Positions 1-9,114 of a stretch of 37,474 nt of DNA are shown piece by piece. The notes below the pieces were generated by a model. The model was not told where the DNA came from and made no database searches. It saw nothing but the letters and a program-made list of their open reading frames with translations. Source of the DNA: Promethearchaeota archaeon (lineage in GTDB: Archaea > Asgardarchaeota > Lokiarchaeia > Sigyniarchaeales > SOKP01); contig JBHLNT010000024.1 in the NCBI GenBank assembly GCA_048941265.1, forward strand, positions 1 through 37,474, written 5' to 3'. Made by a program: the position numbers and the translations under genes. The stretch's first letter is position 1. Each line of letters begins with the position of its first letter.

Positions 1-387
1 TTCAACTAGTTTACTAAATGTGCTGAAAAATTTCTCTGATAAGAATTCTTCGGTAAATGGCCAAGTTCCCATCAAGATATCTCCTGACTTTTTTTCATTT
101 CCAATCAAAAAACCTTTCCTTTTACCATCTTTTGATTTATAAAGGATGACAAAGTAGTAGTTGTAGGTAAGTAAAGAAGATTCTTTTCCCACTTTTATTA
201 CTTCTGATATATTTTGATAAGAAATTACATTTTGGTTTGATTTACTAATTTCTTTTAATTCTAAGATTAAATGGGAAGGAATATTTATTCTTTTATCAGA
301 TTTAAAACCTTTAAAAATTAAATGTAATTTAGTCTCATCTTTCTCTTTAATTCCTTTAAATATAACCTTATATATAGGAACACTCAT
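1..387 (-). CDS. Hypothetical protein, 3'-truncated by window edge (MSVPIYKVIFKGIKEKDETKLHL...KLVE)
   Basis: Manually translated: ATG at 387, open to base 1 (129 codons). Absent from the ORF track because it has no stop in the window. Divergent from the GTPase gene. Confidence 0.75.
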   Translation of the reverse strand, partial: MSVPIYKVIFKGIKEKDETKLHLIFKGFKSDKRINIPSHLILELKEISKSNQNVISYQNISEVIKVGKESSLLTYNYYFVILYKSKDGKRKGFLIGNEKKSGDILMGTWPFTEEFLSEKFFSTFSKLVE

Positions 388-613
388 ATTATTGAACTAA
401 ATGATTAGATACATTTGTATTTTATCTAGTTGCATAACATATATAGCATAAGATATATGACTAATGTATAATACTTGTTATAAAATCTTTAAATTCAATA
501 CTATTTAAATTGAAATTCAAAAATTCCACTCATAAATTTAACTTAAAAAAAAGATTTAAATTCAAATTTTTTGATATAATATGTAATATGATTTAAAGGG
601 GTAATAAAAAATT

Positions 614-1147
614 TTGCAGAGTTCATGGATTTTTAAAGTAATTGTAGCAGGTGCCGGCGGGGTTGGAAAAACAGCAATGATAACTCGCTATTGTACCGGA
701 AAATTTGAAGAAGGATATAAAATGACAATAGGTGCAGGATTCCATACAAAATCAGAAACTCTTGACACTGGAGAAGAAGTAAAGATGCAAATTTGGGATT
801 TTGCGGGAGAACGAAGATTTCGTGAACTATTACCTGATTATTGTAAGGGTGCTAGTGGTGCATTTATTTGTTTTGATATCACAGATTATGATACATTTAG
901 GCAAATACCAGAATGGTTGAAAATAATTCGCCAAAAAGCTGGCTTTATACCTATAATTCTTATGGGAATGAAATGGGATTTACCAAGTCATGAAACTGAT
1001 TATGATACTGCTAATGAATATGCTGAAAAAGCAAAGTGTAATCAATGCGTTTTTAGCTCGTCCAAGCAGGATATCAATATAAAAGAATCCTTTCAAGCTA
1101 TGGCGAAATGGCTAATATATTACGCCACAGAATTGGAAGAAAAATAA
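614..1147 (+). CDS. Rab/Ras-like small GTPase (Asgard type)
   Basis: G1 GAGGVGKT, G2 TIG, G3 WDFAGE, G4 MKWD, G5 SSK; FKVIVAG start and GASGAFICFDIT are Rab-like. No C-terminal Cys prenylation motif. TTG start. Confidence 0.92.
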   Translation: MQSSWIFKVIVAGAGGVGKTAMITRYCTGKFEEGYKMTIGAGFHTKSETLDTGEEVKMQIWDFAGERRFRELLPDYCKGASGAFICFDITDYDTFRQIPEWLKIIRQKAGFIPIILMGMKWDLPSHETDYDTANEYAEKAKCNQCVFSSSKQDINIKESFQAMAKWLIYYATELEEK

Positions 1148-1309
1148 AAATTCAACTTCTTCTTCTCTTTTCTCTAATAATTATCGTATTATGATCAATT
1201 CCAATTTTTGTAAGGAACGAACGAATTTAGAATAAATATAAACTTAAATCACAGCTAACCTTATTTAACAAAAAAAAACCCGTATTGTAAGATTTATCTT
1301 ATAGGGAAA

Positions 1310-1741
1310 TTAAATGATTTTTTCGCATTCAGTATTAATTAATTTAATAGTCTGGTTGAAATCTTGCCACCAATCCTGTCCTTGCTGAGCAACTAACATT
1401 GGTTCAATCTTTCGGGAATCAAGACATCTTATCTCATCTTTTTGAGCCTTAATTTTATCTTTCCATAATTGGCTGAATATATTTTGCAAATTTATTTTAA
1501 CTTTTTTTATTAATTCTTCATATGGCACCGAAACATCCTCTGTCTTCTGTAATTTCTGAAGTTGTTCAAACTTAATTCTTTCCTTTGCTTGGTTGAGGTC
1601 ATTGCAGTTAATTTCAATAGTAAAGGGATTTTCTTTACCATATTTACAGTGGTTTTGGATTTCACACTGACGACAATAACTCTCGAAACTTATCGAGTAA
1701 TCCTCCAGTCCAATTATAGAATAATGTAACACACCAGGCAT
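1310..1741 (-). CDS. Hypothetical protein with Cys cluster (CxxC-x5-C...C), possible metal binding
   Basis: Track ORF is 1310..1849. ATG at 1741 (MPGVLHYSIIG) is the more plausible start because the upstream part is AT-rich promoter-like sequence. Contains YCRQCEIQNHCKY. Confidence 0.6.
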   Translation of the reverse strand: MPGVLHYSIIGLEDYSISFESYCRQCEIQNHCKYGKENPFTIEINCNDLNQAKERIKFEQLQKLQKTEDVSVPYEELIKKVKINLQNIFSQLWKDKIKAQKDEIRCLDSRKIEPMLVAQQGQDWWQDFNQTIKLINTECEKII

Positions 1742-1896
1742 TAAAACAATCTTTTTACTTTTTATTAAAATTATATTCATATGATTATTAAAATTTAGGT
1801 ATGCTCTTGTCAAAAAATTTTTTAAACATTCAATCTTAGAATTATTCAATTTATACGATTTTTAATAATAATTAAAAAAGCAAATTTTTAATCAAA

Positions 1897-2003
1897 GCGA
1901 GAGTGGCTTAGCCTGGTATAGCGCACGGCTGATAACCGTGAGGTCGGGGGTTCGAAACAGAATGGGAATATCGCCCATTGCGAAAGGCCCCCCTTTCGCA
2001 CCA
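1897..2003 (+). tRNA. tRNA-Ile(GAT) with 30-nt intron at position 59/60 (1957..1986); CCA encoded
   Basis: Acceptor GCGAGAG/CTTTCGC. Anticodon arm CACGG-CTGATAA-CCGTG (GAT 1931-1933). T stem GGGGG/CCCCC. BHB: central helix TTCG/CGAA with 3-nt bulges AAA and AGG. Spliced T loop TTCGAAG; mature length 77 nt. Confidence 0.95.
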
Positions 2004-2079
2004 TTCTTGAGATTTCAAGATGAGCATGATTACTTTTTCATTACTTTTTTAATCCGATCTAACTATTATAAAATTATAG

Positions 2080-2688
2080 ATGAAAATAATTGTAATTTCT
2101 GGAACACCTGGTACGGGAAAAACATCTGTCTCAGAGATGATCGCTCAAATATACGATGCTAGAGTTGTGTCATTAAATGAGCCGAAAATTTTTAAAAAAT
2201 TTAAAATCAAATTTGATATTAAGCGAGAAACAGATGTAATTGATACGAATAAGTTACTCCCCCATGTTCTAAGTTTGATTCAGAATTACAAAAGCGAAAA
2301 CCCCAATTATCTTATAATCGAGGGTCATTTTTCTGATATAATACCTGAGGACTATATTGACTATGTAATCATATTAAGATGTGACCCTTACGTGTTAAAA
2401 AACCGGTTAGCAGAAAGGGGGTATGAATATGGAAAAATAATTGAAAATATACAAGCAGAAATTCTAGGAAATTGTGTGAATTATTTTGTTCAAAAAAACA
2501 TTAAGATTCCTCTATTTGAGATTAGTACTGACAATTTAACAATAGAATCGGTTGTAGATATTATTATGAAAAGTATTGTTAAAAACCAAAATGTCGATAA
2601 TTATGTAATTGGAAAAATTGATTGGCTAGAGAAATTATTTAGAGAGGATCGCTTAAATGATTTTTTTAATGAAAAAATAGCATTATAA
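2080..2688 (+). CDS. Adenylate kinase, AK6/Fap7 (hCINAP) family
   Basis: P-loop GTPGTGKT, hhhEGH motif (LIIEGH), ILRCDP..L..RL..RGY...KI.ENIQAEI. Confidence 0.9.
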   Translation: MKIIVISGTPGTGKTSVSEMIAQIYDARVVSLNEPKIFKKFKIKFDIKRETDVIDTNKLLPHVLSLIQNYKSENPNYLIIEGHFSDIIPEDYIDYVIILRCDPYVLKNRLAERGYEYGKIIENIQAEILGNCVNYFVQKNIKIPLFEISTDNLTIESVVDIIMKSIVKNQNVDNYVIGKIDWLEKLFREDRLNDFFNEKIAL

Positions 2689-2698
2689 AGGGTGTCAA

Positions 2699-4345
2699 AT
2701 GAAATACGAAATATTGGATATAGATGCTTTAGGGAGAGTTGGTAAATTAGAAATTAATAATAAACAAATGATTACTCCTACAATATTTCCTGTAGTCCAT
2801 CCATTTAAGAACATTGTCCCTCCATCAACATTGAAAAAAATTGGGGCTCAATGTATTTTCACAAATGCCTATATCATCTATCAAAAAGAGGAATTAAAAG
2901 AGGAGGTCAAAAACAAAAAGATCCATAATTTTCTGGGCTATAATGAGTTAATTGCCACGGATAGTGGAGCATTTCAGCAATATATGTACCATGATTCTGA
3001 ACTAAATGTAAGTCCAGAAGAGATTGAGCGCTTTCAAGAGGATATTGGCTCAGATTTCCCGGTCATTTTGGATCTACCCGTACAATTATACGACGAATAT
3101 AATGTTGCGAAACATAAAGTACTTGGCACGATTGAGAGGGCTAAAAATAATATCAAAAGAAGGACCACTACACGCTGTGAGTGGTTTGGTCCTATCCACG
3201 GCGCCCATTATCATGATCTTCTCAAATATTCTGCTGAAGAAATGAGTAAACTAGATTTTGGAATTTATGCGATAGGGGGATTAGTTAAAGCATTTTTGGA
3301 TTATAGATTTGACTTGACAATTAAAATTTTATTAAATGTAAAAAAACATATTATATCTAATAAACCATTACACATGTTCGGATTAGGGTTGCCACAATTT
3401 TTCTCATTAGCAGTAGCATGTGGATGTGATCTAATGGATTCGGCAGCTTACATTTTATATGCTAAAGAAAATCGATATTTCACCTTGTCAACGGGAACAA
3501 AACAATTAGATGAGTTGGAGGAGTTTCCTTGTTATTGTCCAATATGTTTAGAGTATACTCCGAAAGAACTAAAAAGCCTTGACAAAAAATTGAAAATCGA
3601 GTTATTAGCGAAACATAATTTATATCTTTCATTTTCTGAATTACGAACAATTCGACAAGCGATAAGAGAGGGTAATTTATGGGAGCTTGTAGAACAAAGA
3701 ATAAGGGCTCATCCAAATCTTGTAAAAGCAGCAAAAATTCTAAAGGACGAAAATTTACTGTTTGAAACATATGAAAAAATCTACAAGAAACACGGTAGAT
3801 TACTAACTGCACCCGAAAGTTCCTATAGACCATTAATCATGAGATTTCTTATTAGACTAGAGAATTACTATAGAGTTCCCAACACTGTAACTTTTTTACT
3901 GATCTTACCTGAGCTTGACGCTCGAATAGAGAGCTCTCCTACACTTCAAGAGTGGATGGAGAAATTAGATAAAAATAACATCGTATCCCGGGAAGAAATT
4001 CATATATTATTTAGCTCTCAATCTTTTGGATTAATCCCTTTTGAACTTATAAATACTTATCCAATGGGACAGTATGAATCGATCCTACCCTCAAATAATG
4101 AGGATATAATTTTTAACAAAACGATAAAAACGAGCATGAGCTTCCTAAACAATAATTCGGAACATTATCAAAAAGTAGGGATGGTAATTCCGAAGAGCTA
4201 TACCAATCAATTCGGGGAAAATGAACCATTTCTAACAAGTAAATTCATTCAAAGATTAAATTCAGTATTAAAAAACAAATTCAAATCAAATTTTCAAATA
4301 TCTCATAGTTTAGAAGAAATTTTACAATTTTTTAAAGGTGATTGA
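2699..4345 (+). CDS. tgtA: Archaeosine tRNA-guanine(15) transglycosylase (arcTGT), no PUA domain evident
   Basis: TDSGAFQ catalytic Asp, HMFGLG, GCDLMDSAAY, Zn site CYCPIC...HNL, IRQAIREGNLWELVEQR, FGLIPFEL..TYP. Confidence 0.92.
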   Translation: MKYEILDIDALGRVGKLEINNKQMITPTIFPVVHPFKNIVPPSTLKKIGAQCIFTNAYIIYQKEELKEEVKNKKIHNFLGYNELIATDSGAFQQYMYHDSELNVSPEEIERFQEDIGSDFPVILDLPVQLYDEYNVAKHKVLGTIERAKNNIKRRTTTRCEWFGPIHGAHYHDLLKYSAEEMSKLDFGIYAIGGLVKAFLDYRFDLTIKILLNVKKHIISNKPLHMFGLGLPQFFSLAVACGCDLMDSAAYILYAKENRYFTLSTGTKQLDELEEFPCYCPICLEYTPKELKSLDKKLKIELLAKHNLYLSFSELRTIRQAIREGNLWELVEQRIRAHPNLVKAAKILKDENLLFETYEKIYKKHGRLLTAPESSYRPLIMRFLIRLENYYRVPNTVTFLLILPELDARIESSPTLQEWMEKLDKNNIVSREEIHILFSSQSFGLIPFELINTYPMGQYESILPSNNEDIIFNKTIKTSMSFLNNNSEHYQKVGMVIPKSYTNQFGENEPFLTSKFIQRLNSVLKNKFKSNFQISHSLEEILQFFKGD

Positions 4346-4351
4346 TTTGTT

Positions 4352-4783
4352 ATGGTGATCTTAGATACCATTTATGCTTATGGGCATAAAAATATACTTT
4401 GTACGCATCAAACCACAATAGAGATTACAAAAGATACCTATCTTACAAAAAGAGGAAATTGCATTTTAGGAATTAGAGCCTCAAAAGCGTGTATAGACCT
4501 TAATACAACATTAAAAGAAAAAATAAAACAAGGAACAAAAATAAAAGTAATCATTACCCTTAATGATCTGACCGACATTTTTTATGGCTATGGTGATCCA
4601 AGATTGACATTATCAAGTAAAAAAGCTGTAATTTTTCGCAAGAGTAATTATTTATGTGATAGAACGATACTGATTAATTGCACGAAATCTTCAATCAATT
4701 TGGATAGAAATTTAGTCAAATCTATTAAAAATCAACAAAAAAAATTTAAAATATCTTTCGAAGTAAACGATTATAATGAGTGA
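4352..4783 (+). CDS. DUF371 family protein
   Basis: AYGHKNI..TH.TTIEITKD.YLT.RGNCILGI and IFRKS...DRT motifs. Confidence 0.85.
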   Translation: MVILDTIYAYGHKNILCTHQTTIEITKDTYLTKRGNCILGIRASKACIDLNTTLKEKIKQGTKIKVIITLNDLTDIFYGYGDPRLTLSSKKAVIFRKSNYLCDRTILINCTKSSINLDRNLVKSIKNQQKKFKISFEVNDYNE

Positions 4784-5924
4784 AAGACAGAAAAGGAAAA
4801 AATATCTTAAAATTGAGAAGATTAAAGGGCAAGAATTTTTAAAAATAATGAATAGAAAATTTAAAAATCGATCAGTTATCGATAAAAGATATAAAATATT
4901 AAAAGAAAAAGAAAATCTATTATTTCCGTTAATAGATAATGAGGAAAAAATTAATCTTCTTTTTAGATTAATAGAGGATAAATTTTCGTTTAAAATAATA
5001 TCAAAGATAGGAATTTATGATAAAAATTATAAATATAAAAATTTAAAAGAAGCATTAGAAAAGAAAATTCCACATAAATTTTTGAATTTAATTCCACATT
5101 CCTATGATATTGTCGGAAAGATTGTCATTCTTGAGTTTGATAACATTGAAGGATTAGAAGATCATGGATTTAACACAATTAAAGTAGAAGTAGCGAAAGT
5201 AATAACGGAGATTAATAAAAATGTTACTTCGGTATTTGAGAAAAAGAGTGATATCAAAGGGATTTATCGAATAAGAGAATTAAACCTTTTATATGGAGAG
5301 AATAAAACAGAAACAATCTATAGAGAAAATAAATGTATTTTCAAACTTGATGTGAACCAAACTTTCTTTACTCCACGATTAGTATATGAACGAAATAGGA
5401 TAGCAACTAGCAAAATTAAAAAGAATGAAGTAATTATTGATTTATTTGCAGGAGTTGGTCCATTTTCTATTCAAATTGCCAAAAATCATCAGGTAAAACT
5501 TCATGCTTTTGATATTAACCCTATTGCTTATAATTATTTAAAAGAAAACATTAGATTGAACAAATTGAAAGGTTCTATTACCCCACATAATATCGACATC
5601 AAATCTCTTTTAGATCCTTCTATTATCATTGGTTCTATGTTGAAAAACAAAGCAGATAGAATCATTATGAATTTGCCAGAAAAATCATTAGGTTTTATGG
5701 ATATTGCGTGCTTTTTAATGAAAAATTCCGGTGGAATTTTGCATAATTATCAGTTTTGTGAAAAGCCAAATTCAATCGAAAAGGCTAAGGATAAATTAAA
5801 ATATTCATTGGAAAAGCTTAATTGGTATATCCAAGAAATAATCACTTCTAAGATTGTGAAATCATATTCTCCTAAATCTGAGCTAATAGTACTCGATGCA
5901 AAAATAAAATCTCTGAATAATTAA
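4776..5924 (+). CDS. trm5: tRNA (guanine-37-N1)-methyltransferase, Trm5/Met-10+ family
   Basis: SYDIVGKI, FFTPRL..ER, SAM motif DLFAGVGPF, DINP, DRIIMNLP. Confidence 0.88.
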   Translation: MSERQKRKKYLKIEKIKGQEFLKIMNRKFKNRSVIDKRYKILKEKENLLFPLIDNEEKINLLFRLIEDKFSFKIISKIGIYDKNYKYKNLKEALEKKIPHKFLNLIPHSYDIVGKIVILEFDNIEGLEDHGFNTIKVEVAKVITEINKNVTSVFEKKSDIKGIYRIRELNLLYGENKTETIYRENKCIFKLDVNQTFFTPRLVYERNRIATSKIKKNEVIIDLFAGVGPFSIQIAKNHQVKLHAFDINPIAYNYLKENIRLNKLKGSITPHNIDIKSLLDPSIIIGSMLKNKADRIIMNLPEKSLGFMDIACFLMKNSGGILHNYQFCEKPNSIEKAKDKLKYSLEKLNWYIQEIITSKIVKSYSPKSELIVLDAKIKSLNN

Positions 5925-5963
5925 AAATAAAACCTTAGATGTGAAAATGATTTCTCATATGGT

Positions 5964-7085
5964 TTAATTTACTTTAACCCCTCTTATGAATGGTTCCATG
6001 ATTGCAGGTTTAAACAGATTAATCATTTCTAACACTTCAGTGTAAATCCCAAGTACTTCGTTTTCTCCAAGAAGAAGTCCTATTAAACACTTTGATGAAT
6101 CCACATTTAAGGCGATGAACTTTTTCTCACTATAATTTGTCAATTTACAATGATTTTTTAAATCCTGAACAACAAGATTTCCACTGGGATCATCTATTTT
6201 CGTACTTATATTTATTCTAACTTTTGCGGGGATTTCTTTAATCATGTTTATTAACTCAAATTTAATTATATCTTCTATTTCCGGTACTACTAACCGAATA
6301 TTAGATTTTCCCTGTGGTAATGTATGCTTTATAATATCAATGATACTTTCTACATTAAAAAGGATCTTGGTGCTTTCTATTAGTTCCTTACTAAGCTCTG
6401 CTGTTTCAATTTTTACTTTTTTTAATTCCTTCATTTTTCCTTGGGATGTTTGTAATTCACTCTCTAAGCTTCTAATTCGCTCTTCAAGTTTGCTCACTTC
6501 TTCTTTTGCTGAACTATCTTTTTCTCCCAACACGTTTCTTAAATTTTGAATAGTTTCCTCAAGCTCGTCTACATTTTTATCTTTTTTGACCAGTTTATCT
6601 ATTTGCATACTCTTACTAAGTAAATCACTACTTGATTGTTTGAATTTCTCCCGTAATTCTGCTATTTTTTGGTTATTTCGTTGGATTTCTAATTCCTTTT
6701 CTTTTAATTTCTGTAATATATCGTTTTTACTTTCTATAATCTCTGATTTTTCATTGAGTAACATCTCTTTATCATTTAGTAATTCTTCAATCTTTTTCTC
6801 TTTCAATTCTAATTTTTTTTCTAATTCCTTTATATTTCTCTCGGAAGATTCAATACTATCATTTAAAATCTCAATATTTTTTTTATTTGCTTCTAAATAT
6901 TTAATTTCAGTGTGAAGATTGCGAATTTCGCTATTTAGAATTGTTTCCTTATCGTTCGAATTTTTTAACTCTCCTTTTAATTCTGAAATAAGATCATCGC
7001 ATTTACTTAATTCAACTAGTAATTCTGATTTTTTTAGACTTCCCCTTTGCCTTTTTTTATTGTCATTCAACTTTTTTAAAAGCAC
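5964..7085 (-). CDS. Long coiled-coil protein with C-terminal globular (TrmB effector/PLD-like) domain
   Basis: About 240 aa of E/K/L heptads, then alpha/beta segment (KSNIRLVVPEI...KFIALNVDSSKCLIG). Start codon uncertain; domain call tentative. Confidence 0.55.
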   Translation of the reverse strand: MLLKKLNDNKKRQRGSLKKSELLVELSKCDDLISELKGELKNSNDKETILNSEIRNLHTEIKYLEANKKNIEILNDSIESSERNIKELEKKLELKEKKIEELLNDKEMLLNEKSEIIESKNDILQKLKEKELEIQRNNQKIAELREKFKQSSSDLLSKSMQIDKLVKKDKNVDELEETIQNLRNVLGEKDSSAKEEVSKLEERIRSLESELQTSQGKMKELKKVKIETAELSKELIESTKILFNVESIIDIIKHTLPQGKSNIRLVVPEIEDIIKFELINMIKEIPAKVRINISTKIDDPSGNLVVQDLKNHCKLTNYSEKKFIALNVDSSKCLIGLLLGENEVLGIYTEVLEMINLFKPAIMEPFIRGVKVN

Positions 7086-7608
7086 CTCTTTTTATCAATC
7101 TCTTGTAATCATCTATTATATTACATTATAATTATTTGTTATTATATATTTTGGCATTTACCGTATATATCAAGTGGGCATCATAAGTTTCTTCTTAATT
7201 CGTAACATTTAAGAATAATAGGGGTGGTCATCTATAAATCACTCATTTTTTCTCCTCATTACAAATATTATTTGCTGCTATGTTTTAATCTCATCCATAT
7301 TCATTATTCTCTCCCTATTATCTTTTTTAAAGTAGTACCTTTCTTTTCTCTTTGTTCCCTAAGCTCTTTCATATATATCTTCCTTTAATTTTTCTAAGTT
7401 TTTAATTTCATAGTACAAAAAACCTTCAAACACAAAAAAAATCCCCATAACTCATCCCAACCCTCCAGAAATACTCCCCAAAATATCGTATTACAAAATT
7501 TCCTCTCTATCATTGTATCATTATGAACTCTGAAAAAATTTTTAATCTAGAATGGATTTTACATTATAACATAAGTAAAAAAGTAAAAATGTACATTTAT
7601 AAACTTTA

Positions 7609-7739
7609 GGACCTATAGCCTAGCATGGGGGATTTTATCAAAAAAAACCGTGTACATAGGGCGTCGGACTTCTAATCCGAAAGTCGCAGGTTCGAAATGC
7701 TACGGAACAACTCCGAGCATGAAAATCCTGCTAGGTCCG
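7609..7739 (+). tRNA. tRNA-Arg(TCT) with two introns: 19/20 (7629..7655) and 59/60 (7697..7725)
   Basis: Acceptor GGACCTA/TAGGTCC. Anticodon arm TCGGA-CTTCTAA-TCCGA. T stem GCAGG/CCTGC. Both inserts sit in 3-4-3 BHB motifs. Removal gives D loop AGCATGGATA, T loop TTCGAAT and a 75-nt tRNA without encoded CCA. Confidence 0.93.
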
Positions 7740-7923
7740 CTCTTTATAGTACTTATTAGAGGAAATTACTTTTTTTGTCGCATGTTATGCTCTATATATT
7801 CTTAACAATTTAATAAATCATTAATATAATCACTTTAATAAAATAGATTCATTAATCTTTTTTAAGAGCAAAAGATTTTACATAAAGTCTTATGCTTAAT
7901 ACGGACAATACAGTGACCAAGCT

Positions 7924-8643
7924 GTGATTAAAAAGCGTGATTTTGTTCATCAAAATATAAAATATTCCTTTAATTGGAATTTAAAAAATCACAAAGAGAA
8001 ATTAACTCAACTAAATTCAAATCGAGAAGAATTTAAAAGATTAGGTAATTATCTTAAAAACATTTATCACGGTTCAATTCCTAATAATATCTTTAATACA
8101 AAAACTATAACTCGAGTTTCACAATTTAAAGTTAGAGGACTTAAAAATGGTTTTTTAAGAAGCTTTAGTAAGAGATTAATTAACGAGGGTAAAATTCAAA
8201 GATTTGATTCAAATTCTAAGCTACCTAACTTTGCTAAAAAAGTATATGAAATTTATCATCTTAATCAAATCAATAAGAATCCTGGCCATGAAACTATCCT
8301 AAAAAATATTTTAATCAAAGATAAAGACTCTATTGCCATTGAAGTTCCCATATGGAGTGTTAATAAAAATAAACATATTACAGGACATATTGATTTGATC
8401 CAAATCGAAAATGATGTCATAAAAATAATTGATTATAAACCAGAAGGTAATTTTCTTTTTTCACTTCCTCAAGTTGCAACCTATGGACTTTTACTTAAAA
8501 AGATAATTCACGTGGAGAACCTAACTTGTATTTCTTTCAATAAAAGCGCCGCATGGGAATATAATCCAGAAATATTATTAATTGATATAAAAAATCTTCT
8601 AAATTCAAAAAGAATACCTCGAATTTGGGAAGATTTTTTATAA
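7924..8643 (+). CDS. PD-(D/E)XK superfamily nuclease (RecB/Cas4-like motif set)
   Basis: IAIEVPI...GHIDLIQ...IKIIDYK...PQVATYG; no Cas4 Cys cluster. Confidence 0.78.
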   Translation: MIKKRDFVHQNIKYSFNWNLKNHKEKLTQLNSNREEFKRLGNYLKNIYHGSIPNNIFNTKTITRVSQFKVRGLKNGFLRSFSKRLINEGKIQRFDSNSKLPNFAKKVYEIYHLNQINKNPGHETILKNILIKDKDSIAIEVPIWSVNKNKHITGHIDLIQIENDVIKIIDYKPEGNFLFSLPQVATYGLLLKKIIHVENLTCISFNKSAAWEYNPEILLIDIKNLLNSKRIPRIWEDFL

Positions 8644-8658
8644 AAATAGTAAACTAAA

Positions 8659-8922
8659 TTATAGTTTTTTTCCCTTTTTTTCTGTCGGTTCAGGTTCTTC
8701 CTCTTTTTTTAAATACCCTTTAAAAATTAAAAAACATAAAATTAAAGCAAATAATTCAATAAGGACCCCTACCCCAGCGATAATCCATCCATTATAATTA
8801 TAGTGTCTAAGTAAAAATGCACATAGTAAGCCAGAAAAGGACAAAAGGAATAGAATTGAGCCCATAATTATCTGTGATGCAGAATCTATAAGATATTCTA
8901 TTTGACTTTTTATACTTGGCAT
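8659..8922 (-). CDS. Small membrane protein (2 predicted TM helices)
   Basis: Two hydrophobic stretches and a charged C-tail; ATG start. Confidence 0.7.
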   Translation of the reverse strand: MPSIKSQIEYLIDSASQIIMGSILFLLSFSGLLCAFLLRHYNYNGWIIAGVGVLIELFALILCFLIFKGYLKKEEEPEPTEKKGKKL

Positions 8923-9114
8923 TTTTACTAAAAACTCTTAAGATATGAATAGCGTTAATCTTTAAATAGATTAAATAATCATATTTTTAATATTTTTAGT
9001 ATTTTTCAAATATTTTTACTTAATATTCCTTAAAATTTTAGATTAATGAATTAAAAATTGTGTGAAAGTTTCATTTCAGATTAAACAAATTCCTTTTTTA
9101 AAATTTAAAAGTTC

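Noticed and set aside
1938-2162. 74-aa ORF in track
   Set aside because: Overlaps tRNA-Ile and the kinase gene in another frame; spurious
3024-3833. Alternative-frame and antisense ORFs inside arcTGT
   Set aside because: Shadow ORFs with no motifs
6244-7131. Three Ser/Phe/Leu-rich plus-strand ORFs
   Set aside because: Antisense mirror of the E/K-rich coiled-coil gene
7924-8643. Cas4 / CRISPR system
   Set aside because: No four-Cys Fe-S motif, no other cas genes and no array in the window
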